A stretch of DNA of 64,000 nt. Origin: Verrucomicrobiota bacterium (GTDB lineage: Bacteria; Verrucomicrobiota; Verrucomicrobiia; JABWAM01; JAHFSZ01). A model generated the notes under the pieces. That model did no database searches. It was given only the letters and a program-made list of their open reading frames with translations, and had not been told where the DNA came from. Position 1 is the stretch's first letter. Each line of letters begins with the position of its first letter. The stretch covers positions 8,358 to 72,357 of the forward strand of contig JAHFSZ010000002.1 in assembly GCA_023265515.1 (NCBI GenBank), read 5' to 3'. Shown here in pieces: positions 1 through 9,784 of this stretch. The translations under genes and the position numbers were made by a program.

Positions 1-102
1 GACGGTCAAAAGTTCCGCCTGATCCGGCGACGCGAGGCGTTGCCAGACCTTTTAAAAAATGAGATGATTTAACGCTCGTTTTTCGAAGCGGGAGGCAATC
101 CC

Positions 103-921
103 ATGGCACTGAACTTTACCAAGATGAACGGCGCCGGAAACGATTTCGTCATGATCGACAATCGCGATGGATCGGTTTGCCTGAGCCGTGAACAGATCCG
201 CTGGATCTGCGACCGCCACCGCGGGGTGGGGGCCGACGGCCTTCTGCTGGTCGAAAAATCCGCTGGCGGCGGCGCCGATTTCAGGATGCGTTACTATAAC
301 GCAGACGGCGGCGAGGTTGAGATGTGCGGCAACGGGGCCCGTTGTTTTGCGCGCTTCGTCCAGACTCTGGGCTGGGAGAAACCCGAACTTCGATTTGCGA
401 CGCCCGCCGGTCTCATCCGGGCGCAGTTCGAGGGTGACGGGGTGAGAATCAGTCTCGGGGCGCCGCGAGACCTGAAACTGGCGCAGACCATCGATTTGGA
501 ATCGGGAGAATTGAAGATCCACTCGATCAACACGGGTGTCCCACACGTGGTCCTGTTTGTACCCGAAGCCGATGAGGCAATGGTCGGGGAGTGGGGAAGG
601 GAGATCCGGAATCACCCGCTGTTCCAGCCGCGCGGAACGAATGTGAACTTCGTCCAGCTGAAGGAGGGCAACCTCATCCGCGTTCGGACCTACGAGCGAG
701 GAGTCGAAAATGAGACGCTCGCGTGCGGCACCGGCGTGGTCGCCGCAGCCATCGTATCGCACCTGTTTCACCGGGTGCCAGTGCCGGTTCAGGTTCAGGT
801 ACAGGGCGGTGAGACTCTCGAGGTTGTTTTCGCGGCCAAAGGGCTTGAGATCTCCGACGTGCGCCTCAAAGGGCCCGCTGATTTCGTCTTCGAAGGGAAA
901 TTAGCGCTTCCTAAGAACTAA
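103..921 (+). CDS. dapF: diaminopimelate epimerase
   Basis: N-terminal NGAGNDFVMIDN motif and the CGNGARC active-site cysteine region; ~270 aa as expected. Confidence 0.9.
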   Translation: MALNFTKMNGAGNDFVMIDNRDGSVCLSREQIRWICDRHRGVGADGLLLVEKSAGGGADFRMRYYNADGGEVEMCGNGARCFARFVQTLGWEKPELRFATPAGLIRAQFEGDGVRISLGAPRDLKLAQTIDLESGELKIHSINTGVPHVVLFVPEADEAMVGEWGREIRNHPLFQPRGTNVNFVQLKEGNLIRVRTYERGVENETLACGTGVVAAAIVSHLFHRVPVPVQVQVQGGETLEVVFAAKGLEISDVRLKGPADFVFEGKLALPKN

Positions 922-946
922 CCATTCCGGTAAGTAAGGATAATCC

Positions 947-1885
947 ATGTTCACCGGAACCTACACCGCATTAATCACGCCATTCCGCGACGGCAACGTC
1001 GATGCCCGCGCGCTTTGGGAACTGGTCGAAAGACAGATCCAGGCGGGGGTGGACGGCATCTGTCCGGTCGGCACGACGGGTGAATCGCCAACGGTGACGG
1101 TCGAGGAGCACGTCAACATCATCGAAATCTGTGTCCAGGCTGCGAAGAAAAAAATCAAGGTGATCGCGGGCACAGGCGCCAATTCCACCCAAGAGGCGAT
1201 CCATCTGACGCAGGCTGCCGAACGGGCAGGCGCAGACGGCTCGCTCCAGGTGGCGCCGTATTACAACAAGCCAAGCCAGGAAGGGCTTTATCAGCATTTC
1301 CAAGCCATCGCTTCGTCAACCAGCCTTCCAATCATGCTCTATAGCATCCCAGGCCGGTGCGGCATTGAGATCGGCGTGGATACGGTGGCTCGTCTGGCGA
1401 CGGCCTGCAACAATATCGTTTCCATCAAGGAGGCGGGAGGCAGCGCCGACCGCGTCAGCCAGCTTCGACAGGTCCTGCCCAAGGAGTTCACCATTCTTTC
1501 GGGTGACGACTCGCTCACGCTGCCGTTCATGGCAGTGGGGGCGCGCGGCGTCGTGAGCGTCGTTTCCAACCTGATTCCGGCCGAAATCGCGCAACTGGTG
1601 AAGGCGTTCGCGGCGGGCAGGTTGGAAACGGCGATGAACCTCCATGAAAAATATTATCCGCTGTTCAAGAACATGTTCGTCGAGACCAATCCCGTTCCGG
1701 TAAAATTCGCCATGACGCTGATGGGCTTGATCGCCGAGGAGTACCGCCTGCCGCTGGTCCCCGCAAGCGACGCGAACAAGGCGATCATCTCCGAAACCCT
1801 CAGGAACTGCGGATTGATCCAGGCAATGACCGAAATGCGCGAACGGAAGCTTCCCAGGACGGAGCCTGTTCCGTTCAAGAAATAA
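947..1885 (+). CDS. dapA: 4-hydroxy-tetrahydrodipicolinate synthase
   Basis: TALITPF and VGTTGES motifs typical of the DapA/NAL family; adjacent to dapF and dapB. Confidence 0.9.
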   Translation: MFTGTYTALITPFRDGNVDARALWELVERQIQAGVDGICPVGTTGESPTVTVEEHVNIIEICVQAAKKKIKVIAGTGANSTQEAIHLTQAAERAGADGSLQVAPYYNKPSQEGLYQHFQAIASSTSLPIMLYSIPGRCGIEIGVDTVARLATACNNIVSIKEAGGSADRVSQLRQVLPKEFTILSGDDSLTLPFMAVGARGVVSVVSNLIPAEIAQLVKAFAAGRLETAMNLHEKYYPLFKNMFVETNPVPVKFAMTLMGLIAEEYRLPLVPASDANKAIISETLRNCGLIQAMTEMRERKLPRTEPVPFKK

Positions 1886-1888
1886 GAA

Positions 1889-2653
1889 GTGATGGCGACC
1901 AAAATTGTCATGCTCGGAGCGCTTGGCCGGATGGGTCAGCATATCCTCCGCCTCGCCAGGGAGGACAGGGAGTGCGAGGTGGTTGGCGAGGTCGACCGGG
2001 ACGTGGACCTGAAGCCTAGCCTGGGGAAGGCGGACGTGGTGATCGATTTCACCATGCCCGCCGCAACCATGCACCATCTTCCCGAGATCGTCGCGGCGAA
2101 AAAGGCCCTGGTCCTCGGCACCACCGGGTTTTCTGAAGATGAGAAGAGAAAGCTCGGGGAGGCTTCCAAGACCATCCCCATGGTCTTTGCCCCCAATATG
2201 AGTCTCGGCGTGAATCTGCTTTTTTCGCTCACCCAGATCGTCGCGCAGGTTGTTGGCGACGATTTCGACGTGGAGATCGTCGAGGCGCACCACAACAAGA
2301 AGATCGACGCGCCCAGCGGAACGGCCAATCACCTCGCTGAAATTGTCGCTGCAGCGAAGCAGAAGCCGCTTTCACAAGTAGCAAAGCATGGCCGTGCCGG
2401 AATCACCGATGCCCGGCGAAGGAGCGAGATCGGCATTCACGCCATCCGGGGCGGTGACGTCGTTGGCGATCACACGGTGATGTTCCTGGGCACCGGCGAG
2501 CGCATCGAGCTGACGCACCGTGCCAGCTCCCGGGACACCTTTGCCAAGGGCGCTCTGCGCGCGGCCAAGTGGGTGGTCAACGCGGAGCCTGGCCAGTACG
2601 ACATGCTCGACGTTCTCGGCCTGAAGGTTCAGCCCAACGCTGAAAATGGATGA
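1889..2653 (+). CDS. dapB: 4-hydroxy-tetrahydrodipicolinate reductase
   Basis: N-terminal GALGRMG dinucleotide-binding motif; EAHHxxKxDAPSGTA catalytic region. Confidence 0.9.
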   Translation: MMATKIVMLGALGRMGQHILRLAREDRECEVVGEVDRDVDLKPSLGKADVVIDFTMPAATMHHLPEIVAAKKALVLGTTGFSEDEKRKLGEASKTIPMVFAPNMSLGVNLLFSLTQIVAQVVGDDFDVEIVEAHHNKKIDAPSGTANHLAEIVAAAKQKPLSQVAKHGRAGITDARRRSEIGIHAIRGGDVVGDHTVMFLGTGERIELTHRASSRDTFAKGALRAAKWVVNAEPGQYDMLDVLGLKVQPNAENG

Positions 2654-3132
2654 CCTACGGCATCGGATTCGGTTCGAACATGGGCGACCGTGTGGAGCAT
2701 ATCCGTGCGGGGATGGCTTTCCTCAACACCATCTTCAAATCCGGATGGCGGGTTTCATCGCTTTATGAGACGTCCCCCGTGGGTTGCCCTCCGGGGTCCC
2801 CGGATTTCATCAATGCCGTTGCCGAAGGGGAATTCGAAGGCAACCCGCTGGCTCTTCATCGGCTTCTCAAGGCGTTTGAACAAACTCGGGGAGACCGCCG
2901 CCCGCCGGCCGGGCGGAACGAGCCGCGCGCCCTCGACCTCGATCTGCTTTATGCCGAGGGGCCTTTTGCCAGCGCGGAACTGACGTTGCCTCATCCACGC
3001 CTCCATCTGCGACGTTTTGTTTTGCAACCGCTGGCCGAAATTCATCCGGCACTGGTCATTCCCGGACTGGGAAAGACCGTGCAGGAGTTGTTGGCGGCTT
3101 TAAAAACCGACGAAGTGGTTCGAGCCCTGTGA
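2650..3132 (+). CDS. folK: 2-amino-4-hydroxy-6-hydroxymethyldihydropteridine pyrophosphokinase (HPPK)
   Basis: ~160 aa with FolK-like layout (IGxGSNxGD, LDLDLL); its start overlaps the dapB stop by 4 nt. Confidence 0.8.
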   Translation: MTYGIGFGSNMGDRVEHIRAGMAFLNTIFKSGWRVSSLYETSPVGCPPGSPDFINAVAEGEFEGNPLALHRLLKAFEQTRGDRRPPAGRNEPRALDLDLLYAEGPFASAELTLPHPRLHLRRFVLQPLAEIHPALVIPGLGKTVQELLAALKTDEVVRAL

Positions 3133-3236
3133 TAAAAGCCTGAAAGGTTCTTTTTATGGAAGTGAGAGTAATAGATCGCCTCATCTCAGAAGTCTTGTAA
3201 ATCCAGCGGATCCTGTCAGAAAAAACGGTCTTAACG

Positions 3237-3953
3237 ATGATGATCTTTCCAGCCATCGATCTTAAAAACGGCAAATGTGTCCGTCTCCTGCAGGGGAAAG
3301 CGGAGGAGGTCACCGTTTATTCCGACAACCCTGTTGCGATTGCGATGCAGTGGCAGGAACAGGGCGGCCAATTCCTCCATGTGGTCGACTTGGATGGCGC
3401 TTTTTCCGGCGAACCCAAAAACCGCGAATGGGTCCGCCAGATTATCTCATCAGTGCCGATTCATATCCAGCTGGGCGGGGGTCTTCGGACACTCCTCCAG
3501 ATTCGCGAGGTCCTCGAGCTCGGCGTCGATCGCGTCGTCCTGGGAACCAGGGCAGCCTCGGAAGATTTTGTGCGGAAGGCTCTGCGCGAGTTTGGCGCCG
3601 AGAAGCTGGTCGTGGGCATTGACGCCCGGGATGGCAAAGTGGCCCTGTCCGGATGGACGGAACAGACGGGTCTGAACGCCATTGATCTGGCCAAAAGGGT
3701 TTTTGAGCTCGGCATCCTCCGGATGGTGTTTACGGATATCAACACGGACGGGATGCTCATTGGCCCGCCGCTGGATTCGATCCGGCGGCTTTGCGCGGCT
3801 GTCGGCTGCTCCGTGATCGCTTCCGGGGGCGTTTCCACTCTGGAGGACATCCGCAAGTTGCGGGAGCTCAAACTTTCCAATTTGGAGGGTGTCATTGTCG
3901 GCAAGGCGCTTTACGAAAAAAAGTTCACCCTTCGCGAGGCGCTTCGTGATTGA
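3237..3953 (+). CDS. hisA: ProFAR isomerase (phosphoribosylformimino-5-aminoimidazole carboxamide ribotide isomerase)
   Basis: N-terminal IFPAIDLKNGKCVRLLQG and a (beta/alpha)8 HisA-like sequence. Confidence 0.85.
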   Translation: MMIFPAIDLKNGKCVRLLQGKAEEVTVYSDNPVAIAMQWQEQGGQFLHVVDLDGAFSGEPKNREWVRQIISSVPIHIQLGGGLRTLLQIREVLELGVDRVVLGTRAASEDFVRKALREFGAEKLVVGIDARDGKVALSGWTEQTGLNAIDLAKRVFELGILRMVFTDINTDGMLIGPPLDSIRRLCAAVGCSVIASGGVSTLEDIRKLRELKLSNLEGVIVGKALYEKKFTLREALRD

Positions 3954-5925
3954 TTACGTGAAGGAATTAAACCCGCAACAACTGGAGGCTGTTCAGGCGC
4001 CGCCGGGCCCGCTCTTGATTATCGCGGGGGCGGGGAGCGGCAAAACCCGGACACTGACCTACCGTGTGGCCTTCCTGATCGAAAAGGGCCTGCCGCCAGA
4101 TCGTCTGTTGCTGCTGACGTTTACCAACAAGGCCGCCAACGAGATGCTCCATCGCGTCTCATCCCTGCTTCCAGTGGACGCGTCGCGGATTCCCGGCGGA
4201 ACTTTCCACAGCATCTGCAACCGGCTGCTCCGGCGCCACGCGCGCGAGGCCGGCTACGAGCCGGGCTTTTCCATTTTTGACGAGGAGGATTCCAAGGACG
4301 TGATTGCCCAGTCCGTCGCCGAGGAACAGATCGACACCAGGAAGAACCGATTTCCGAAACCCGAGGTGTTAAGCGACATCTTCAGCCTCGCGGCGAACAC
4401 AGAGCGGCCCGCCGCCCAGATCGTCCGCGAACAGTACGAGCATTTCGAGGAGCTGATCAGGGAAATCGAACGCGTTCAGGAGCGCTACCAGCACCGGAAA
4501 AGAGAGATGAACGGAATGGATTACGATGACCTGCTCTCGGTGTTTCTCCGGCTGCTGAAAACCAATCCCGGAATCCGCGAAAGCTACCAGAAAATCTTTC
4601 AATATGTCCTGGTCGACGAGTACCAGGACACCAACAAAATCCAGAGTGACATCGTCGACACGCTGGTCGCTGGCCACAAAAATGTGATGGTGGTCGGCGA
4701 CGACGCGCAAAGCATCTACTCGTGGCGTGGCGCCAATTTTCGCAACATCATGGAATTTCCGAAGCGCTACCCCGGCGCGAAAATCGTCCGCATCGAGCAG
4801 AACTACCGGAGCACGCCGCAGGTTCTGGAGCTGGCCAATGCCTCGATCGCGCAGAACACCGAGCAGTTCAAAAAGAATCTTCAACCGGTTCGGGCGAGGG
4901 GACCGAAGCCGGTGATCGTCCCCGCTTCCAACGGGTTCCAGCAGGCGGAATTCGTCGCCACGCAGGTGCTGGAGCTGCGCGATCAGGGGATCAATCTCAA
5001 CCAGGTCGCGGTCCTTTACCGCTCGCATTATCACAGCATGGAACTGCAGATGGAATTGACGCGGCGCAACATCCCGTTCCACATCACTTCGGGAATTCGC
5101 TTTTTCGAGCAGGCCCACGTCAAGGATGTGGCGGCGCATTTAAAGCTCGTCCTCAACCCCAGCGACGAGCTTTCTTTCAAGCGCCTGCTCAAGCTAATGC
5201 CCAAGGTTGGTGCCATGACCGCCGACAAGATCTGGCGCAAGGTCGGAGCGGAACCGAGAAACTCTGATTTGAAGGGTCTCGTCGCTCGGATGATTCAGCA
5301 TGGCCCATCAATCCCCAGGGCGGCGGAGAATGAATGGAAACAGTTTGCGGCAATACTCAAGCAACTTGCGTCGGATGAAATTCGAAAGCATCCCTCCGAG
5401 ATGATCCATAGCGTCCTGGAATCCTGGTACTCGGCGTACCTGAAAGTAACTTATCCCAATTTTAAACATCGCCTGGAGGACCTTGCCCAGTTCGCGTCGT
5501 TTGCGGCGAAATTCAAGGACCTGGAACATTTTCTCGCGGAACTGACGCTGATGACCAACCTCGAGATTGAGCAGGAAGCCAGGGATGAGAGGCTCGACCC
5601 TTCCGAAATCCTGAGGCTCTCCACGGTTCACCAGGCCAAGGGCCTTGAATTCGAGGCCGTGTTCGTCATCGGATTGGCTGATGGTATGTTTCCCTCGAGC
5701 CGGTCGCTCCAGTCGCAGGCCAACGAGGAGGAAGAGCGCCGGCTCTTTTACGTCGCCGTAACGCGTGCGAAGGACTATTTGTTTCTCATCTATCCGCTGA
5801 TCCGGTCCAATGCCGGGTATTACGGCGATGCTATGCAGAAGCCCTCCCGCTTCATTTACGAGCTGCCCGAACACTGTGCCGAACGAGCCGAGCTCCCTGA
5901 GAAAAGCTGGGCTTGGGAGAGTTGA
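3946..5925 (+). CDS. UvrD/PcrA/Rep-family ATP-dependent DNA helicase
   Basis: Walker A (AGAGSGKTRTLTYR), helicase motifs II (VLVDEYQDTN), IV and VI (VAVTRAK). The track ORF starts at 3889 inside hisA; an in-frame GTG at 3946 overlapping the hisA stop is the more plausible start, but this is uncertain. Confidence 0.85.
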   Translation: MIDYVKELNPQQLEAVQAPPGPLLIIAGAGSGKTRTLTYRVAFLIEKGLPPDRLLLLTFTNKAANEMLHRVSSLLPVDASRIPGGTFHSICNRLLRRHAREAGYEPGFSIFDEEDSKDVIAQSVAEEQIDTRKNRFPKPEVLSDIFSLAANTERPAAQIVREQYEHFEELIREIERVQERYQHRKREMNGMDYDDLLSVFLRLLKTNPGIRESYQKIFQYVLVDEYQDTNKIQSDIVDTLVAGHKNVMVVGDDAQSIYSWRGANFRNIMEFPKRYPGAKIVRIEQNYRSTPQVLELANASIAQNTEQFKKNLQPVRARGPKPVIVPASNGFQQAEFVATQVLELRDQGINLNQVAVLYRSHYHSMELQMELTRRNIPFHITSGIRFFEQAHVKDVAAHLKLVLNPSDELSFKRLLKLMPKVGAMTADKIWRKVGAEPRNSDLKGLVARMIQHGPSIPRAAENEWKQFAAILKQLASDEIRKHPSEMIHSVLESWYSAYLKVTYPNFKHRLEDLAQFASFAAKFKDLEHFLAELTLMTNLEIEQEARDERLDPSEILRLSTVHQAKGLEFEAVFVIGLADGMFPSSRSLQSQANEEEERRLFYVAVTRAKDYLFLIYPLIRSNAGYYGDAMQKPSRFIYELPEHCAERAELPEKSWAWES

Positions 5926-6143
5926 AACGACCGGCCGTGCTTTCAGAAGGGCGGAGGGAAGATCCATGTGAACAAATCGGGCCCCTTTCCAGACTTCCTG
6001 CTCTATTCGATATAATATTTATTGTGCGACGTTGTATGGGGGGTGTGAATAACTTGCGAAGAACCTGATCCCCATGCCGGAAAGCCTGCTACGCTTGAAA
6101 AAATGGGTTGTTTTACGTTGTCAAAACGAGATGATCGCCACCC

Positions 6144-6809
6144 ATGGCCAAGCGTTATGCACCCCGAAAATCCTCGAAAACGCGCTCCCCGGGTCTCTTC
6201 ATCTCCTTTGAAGGCGTCGACGGAACGGGCAAATCGACACAGATTCGCCTTTTGGCAGCCCGCCTGGAAGGGCTCAAAAAGCGTGTGGTGGTGCTTCGCG
6301 AGCCTGGTGGAACTCGGATCGGCGAAAAAATCCGACATCTCCTTCAGTACGACCGCGGAGCCCTCCAGATGACACCGGCGACCGAAACACTTCTTTTTTG
6401 CGCCAGCAGGGCCCAGTTGACCTCCGAAAGGATCCTCCCTGCCCTTGCCGCGGGCAAAGTGGTCCTGACCGACCGCTTCATCGACTCGACGACCGTTTAT
6501 CAGGGGTACGGACGAAAACTGGGGCACGATGCGATTCAAAAAATCCATGAATTTTCCATCGGCCGCGTTCGTCCTCATCTCACGTTCGTCCTCATGATGA
6601 AGCCGGAGACCTCCGTAAGGCGCGCGCGACGACGTGGCCGATTCGACCGGATGGAAGCTCAGAAAAAATCCTTCTACCGATCCATCCATCGAGGCTACCG
6701 GGCACTGGCACGCCGCGAGCCTGGCCGGATCCGATGGATCGCCGCCGACCGTTCCCGCCATGCGGTCCATTCCGACATTTGGAAGGAAACATTGAAAAAA
6801 TTGAAATGA
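6144..6809 (+). CDS. tmk: thymidylate kinase
   Basis: P-loop FISFEGVDGTGKST and LID-region arginines. Confidence 0.85.
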   Translation: MAKRYAPRKSSKTRSPGLFISFEGVDGTGKSTQIRLLAARLEGLKKRVVVLREPGGTRIGEKIRHLLQYDRGALQMTPATETLLFCASRAQLTSERILPALAAGKVVLTDRFIDSTTVYQGYGRKLGHDAIQKIHEFSIGRVRPHLTFVLMMKPETSVRRARRRGRFDRMEAQKKSFYRSIHRGYRALARREPGRIRWIAADRSRHAVHSDIWKETLKKLK

Positions 6810-6812
6810 CCG

Positions 6813-7778
6813 ATGGCGTGGAGTGATTTTAAACAAAACGCGGCGACCATACGGTTCGTCCAAAAGGCGCTTCTGGCGGGGCGCCTTGGTCATGCCTACC
6901 TGATCACCGGCGAATCCCATCAGAAACTTGGCCTCGCCCGGCAAATCGCCGCAGCGCTCAATTGCGCGGGCGCAACGGGCGACGCCTGCGGTCAGTGCAA
7001 TTCCTGCCGGAAAATCTTAACAGATCATCATCCGGACGTGCGACTGTTTCGCCCCGAATCCAAATCGAGGCGAATCGACATTGATACGGTTCGCGAGCTG
7101 GAGCGGGTCTCCTTTCTCAAGGCAAGCGAGGGCCGCACCAAGGTCGGCATCCTCGTCGACGCGGACCGTCTGACCCAACCCGCCCAGGACGCGTTTCTGA
7201 AAACGCTCGAGGAACCGCCCAAAAACACCCTCTTTCTGTTGATCACATCGGAGCCGGAACAGCTCAAATACACAATTCTTTCGCGCTGCCTGAGAATCAA
7301 TCTTTTCCAGGAGGAGCCAGCCGAACCTTCCGAGCGTCAGAAGAACATCCTGTCGGTACTCAGGGGTTGGAAATCGGCTCCGAACCAAAGCTCCCTCTTC
7401 CAAACCTACCGGCTTGCGGACGCATTCCAGAAGGCGCTGGACGAGGCCAAAGAAGAGGCCGAAACCAAGGTGCAAGCTGATTACGAAGGCAAGGGCTATG
7501 AAAACCTCGATGCCGCACAGCGCGAAAAAATCGAGGCCGAAAAAGATGCGGCTGTGAAGGCCGAGTATCGCAGGCAGCGTGATCATCTGGTCCGCGTTTT
7601 GGAGGATCATCTCCGGGACATGAGCATCTCGGCTCCGTCGAATCGGAAACTGGTGCGCGCCTTCGATGCGGTCGAGCGGATGCACGCACGCTTCGAAAGA
7701 AACATGAACGAGGGCCTCCTCCTGGAAGTCACGCTGATGCAGTTGGCCGAAGCGCTGGAATCGCAGGGCCGTTCATGA
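6813..7778 (+). CDS. holB: DNA polymerase III delta-prime subunit
   Basis: HAYLITGxxxxGK AAA+-like motif plus a CxxC...CxxC zinc module (CGQCNSCRKI); the tmk-holB adjacency is classical. Confidence 0.8.
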   Translation: MAWSDFKQNAATIRFVQKALLAGRLGHAYLITGESHQKLGLARQIAAALNCAGATGDACGQCNSCRKILTDHHPDVRLFRPESKSRRIDIDTVRELERVSFLKASEGRTKVGILVDADRLTQPAQDAFLKTLEEPPKNTLFLLITSEPEQLKYTILSRCLRINLFQEEPAEPSERQKNILSVLRGWKSAPNQSSLFQTYRLADAFQKALDEAKEEAETKVQADYEGKGYENLDAAQREKIEAEKDAAVKAEYRRQRDHLVRVLEDHLRDMSISAPSNRKLVRAFDAVERMHARFERNMNEGLLLEVTLMQLAEALESQGRS

Positions 7779-8314
7779 AACCCTTTGACAGCCAACATGT
7801 TCCGGAGCATTCTGGCCCATCCATGAAGCGATGGAGCGCCATGCTGCTGGGTCTTGCCTTCCCCCTGCCCCTTCTTCTCTTGACGGGCGCGGGCGAGGAT
7901 ACCCCGCAACATCGGCCACAGCCTCTTCCCATGGCTTCCAGCGGCGTGATCGAAAGCTTCAAGATCCCGGAACGTGACGCCGCCGGCAACCTCCTCTGGC
8001 TGATTCAGGGCGAAAAGGCGCAAATCATCCAGGAAGGCCGCATCCAGATTTTCAATGTCCAGGTCGATACCTATCGACTGGGCGAGGTCGACCAGACCAT
8101 GACGTCACCCGAGTGCCTGCTCATCCGTCAGACGGAAGGCGGCAAGGTTGTCACGCACGCCGAGAGCACCAACAAGGTTGCGATCGTCGGCAAGAACCTC
8201 CTCATCACCGCAGATGGTTTTCAATGGTTTCCCGAGCAGACGCGTCTGGTCATGCAGAAAAATGTCCAGGTGGTCTTTGAGCGCAAAAAGGGATCCCTCT
8301 TCAAGAACAGCTGA
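7775..8314 (+). CDS. LptC-like LPS export periplasmic protein (N-terminal membrane anchor)
   Basis: An N-terminal hydrophobic segment followed by an OstA-like beta-jellyroll-type sequence, immediately upstream of lptA-lptB. The call is by position and weak similarity; the true start may be M at 7823. Confidence 0.5.
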   Translation: MKPFDSQHVPEHSGPSMKRWSAMLLGLAFPLPLLLLTGAGEDTPQHRPQPLPMASSGVIESFKIPERDAAGNLLWLIQGEKAQIIQEGRIQIFNVQVDTYRLGEVDQTMTSPECLLIRQTEGGKVVTHAESTNKVAIVGKNLLITADGFQWFPEQTRLVMQKNVQVVFERKKGSLFKNS

Positions 8315-8316
8315 TC

Positions 8317-8880
8317 ATGAGACGCACCGCACTGTTTCTAATTTTCTTGGGTTGTTCCGCCGCGCTCGTTGCCAACCCGGAGGCACCTGCTCCGACGGAG
8401 AAAACCAAGACCACGATTCAGTCGGACTTTGGCGATTTCGACTACAAAACCAAGAAAGGGATCTTTGAAGGGAACGTCTTGGTCAATGACGTGCAGATCA
8501 AGCTGAAGTCCGAGAAGATGATCGTTTACCTGGCCGAGAAGGATAATTCCGTCACCAAGGTCGAGGCGATGGGAACCGTCGAGATCCAGCACGAAGGAAA
8601 GACCGCCTATGCGGATAATGCGGTCTACAGCAGGGACACCGGCGTCATCCTTCTCACCCCGAAGCCCGGAGGCGAGCGGCCCAGGATCAGGGATGAAAAG
8701 GGCAACATCGTCCGTGGCAATGAAATCGTCATCAACCGAAACGACAATACGATGAAAGCGGTGGGCCGAGTTGAGCTCGAATACACACCAGACGGCAAAT
8801 CGGGTGATTTCTTCGGACCCAAGACCGGTACCAATCTCACCCATGATACAGCAATCCAGCCCCAAGCCCCAGCCCGATAG
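8317..8880 (+). CDS. lptA: LPS transport periplasmic protein LptA (OstA-like N-terminal domain)
   Basis: Signal peptide followed by an OstA-N-like repeat region (KSEKMIVY...TGNVEIQ..AYADNAVY). Confidence 0.75.
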   Translation: MRRTALFLIFLGCSAALVANPEAPAPTEKTKTTIQSDFGDFDYKTKKGIFEGNVLVNDVQIKLKSEKMIVYLAEKDNSVTKVEAMGTVEIQHEGKTAYADNAVYSRDTGVILLTPKPGGERPRIRDEKGNIVRGNEIVINRNDNTMKAVGRVELEYTPDGKSGDFFGPKTGTNLTHDTAIQPQAPAR

Positions 8881-8914
8881 CACCAAGGTCCGCCGCAGGA
8901 AACAGGGTCCGCGC

Positions 8915-9691
8915 GTGGTCGTATCCCTGCCCGCCCCGAAGACCCGCGTCCTCGAAACCAAGATCCATCGCAAGCTGCTCCAGACGCGCGAGCTGCGAAA
9001 GGAATACCGCGGGCGCCAGGTCGTCCGCGGCGTCGAAATCGAGGTGAATCGCGGCGAGGTGGTTGGCCTGCTCGGGCCGAACGGTGCGGGCAAAACCACG
9101 ACTTTTTACATGATCGTCGGGCTTGTCCGTCCTGATGGCGGCTCGGTCTATTTCAACGGCGAGGATATCACTCATGAGCCGATGTACCAGCGCGCGCGGC
9201 GCGGCATGGGTTATCTGGCCCAGGAGCCGACGGTCTTCCGCAAGCTGACGGTCGAGCAGAATGTCATGGCGATTCTCGAGACCCTCGACGTCACCGAGGA
9301 GGAACGGCGCGACCGGCTGGAAGGCCTTCTCGCCGAGCTTGGCCTCACGCACCTGGCCAAGAACAAGGCCTACACCCTGAGCGGCGGCGAAAGGCGGCGG
9401 CTGGAAATCACGCGTGCCCTCGTCACCAACCCATCCTTTATCCTCCTCGATGAGCCGTTTAGCGGGGTCGACCCCAAGGCGGTGCATGATGTCCAGGAAA
9501 TCATTGAGCGCCTCAAGCAGAAGGGCCTGGGCATGCTGCTAACCGATCACAATATCCGGGAAACCCTCTCGATTGTCGACCGCGCTTATCTCATCTGCGA
9601 AGGGGAAGTGATGCGCGAAGGTTCGAGTGAATTTCTGGTGAACGACCCGGTCAGCAGGGATTTGTATTTGGGCCCCCGCTTCTCGATGTGA
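8915..9691 (+). CDS. lptB: LPS export ABC transporter ATP-binding protein LptB
   Basis: Walker A GPNGAGKTT, signature LSGGERRR, Walker B ILLDEP and an LptB-like C-terminal extension. The track ORF begins at 8771 with an N-terminal overlap on lptA; the true start is likely a non-ATG codon between 8915 and 8975. Confidence 0.8.
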   Translation: MVVSLPAPKTRVLETKIHRKLLQTRELRKEYRGRQVVRGVEIEVNRGEVVGLLGPNGAGKTTTFYMIVGLVRPDGGSVYFNGEDITHEPMYQRARRGMGYLAQEPTVFRKLTVEQNVMAILETLDVTEEERRDRLEGLLAELGLTHLAKNKAYTLSGGERRRLEITRALVTNPSFILLDEPFSGVDPKAVHDVQEIIERLKQKGLGMLLTDHNIRETLSIVDRAYLICEGEVMREGSSEFLVNDPVSRDLYLGPRFSM

Positions 9692-9784
9692 ATCCGATGC
9701 TGGATGTTCGATGCTGGATGACGAGCAGGATTTTGTATTCTTTTTTGGACTTCTTGCAAAAGCAAGATTTCGATTTGAGATTGA

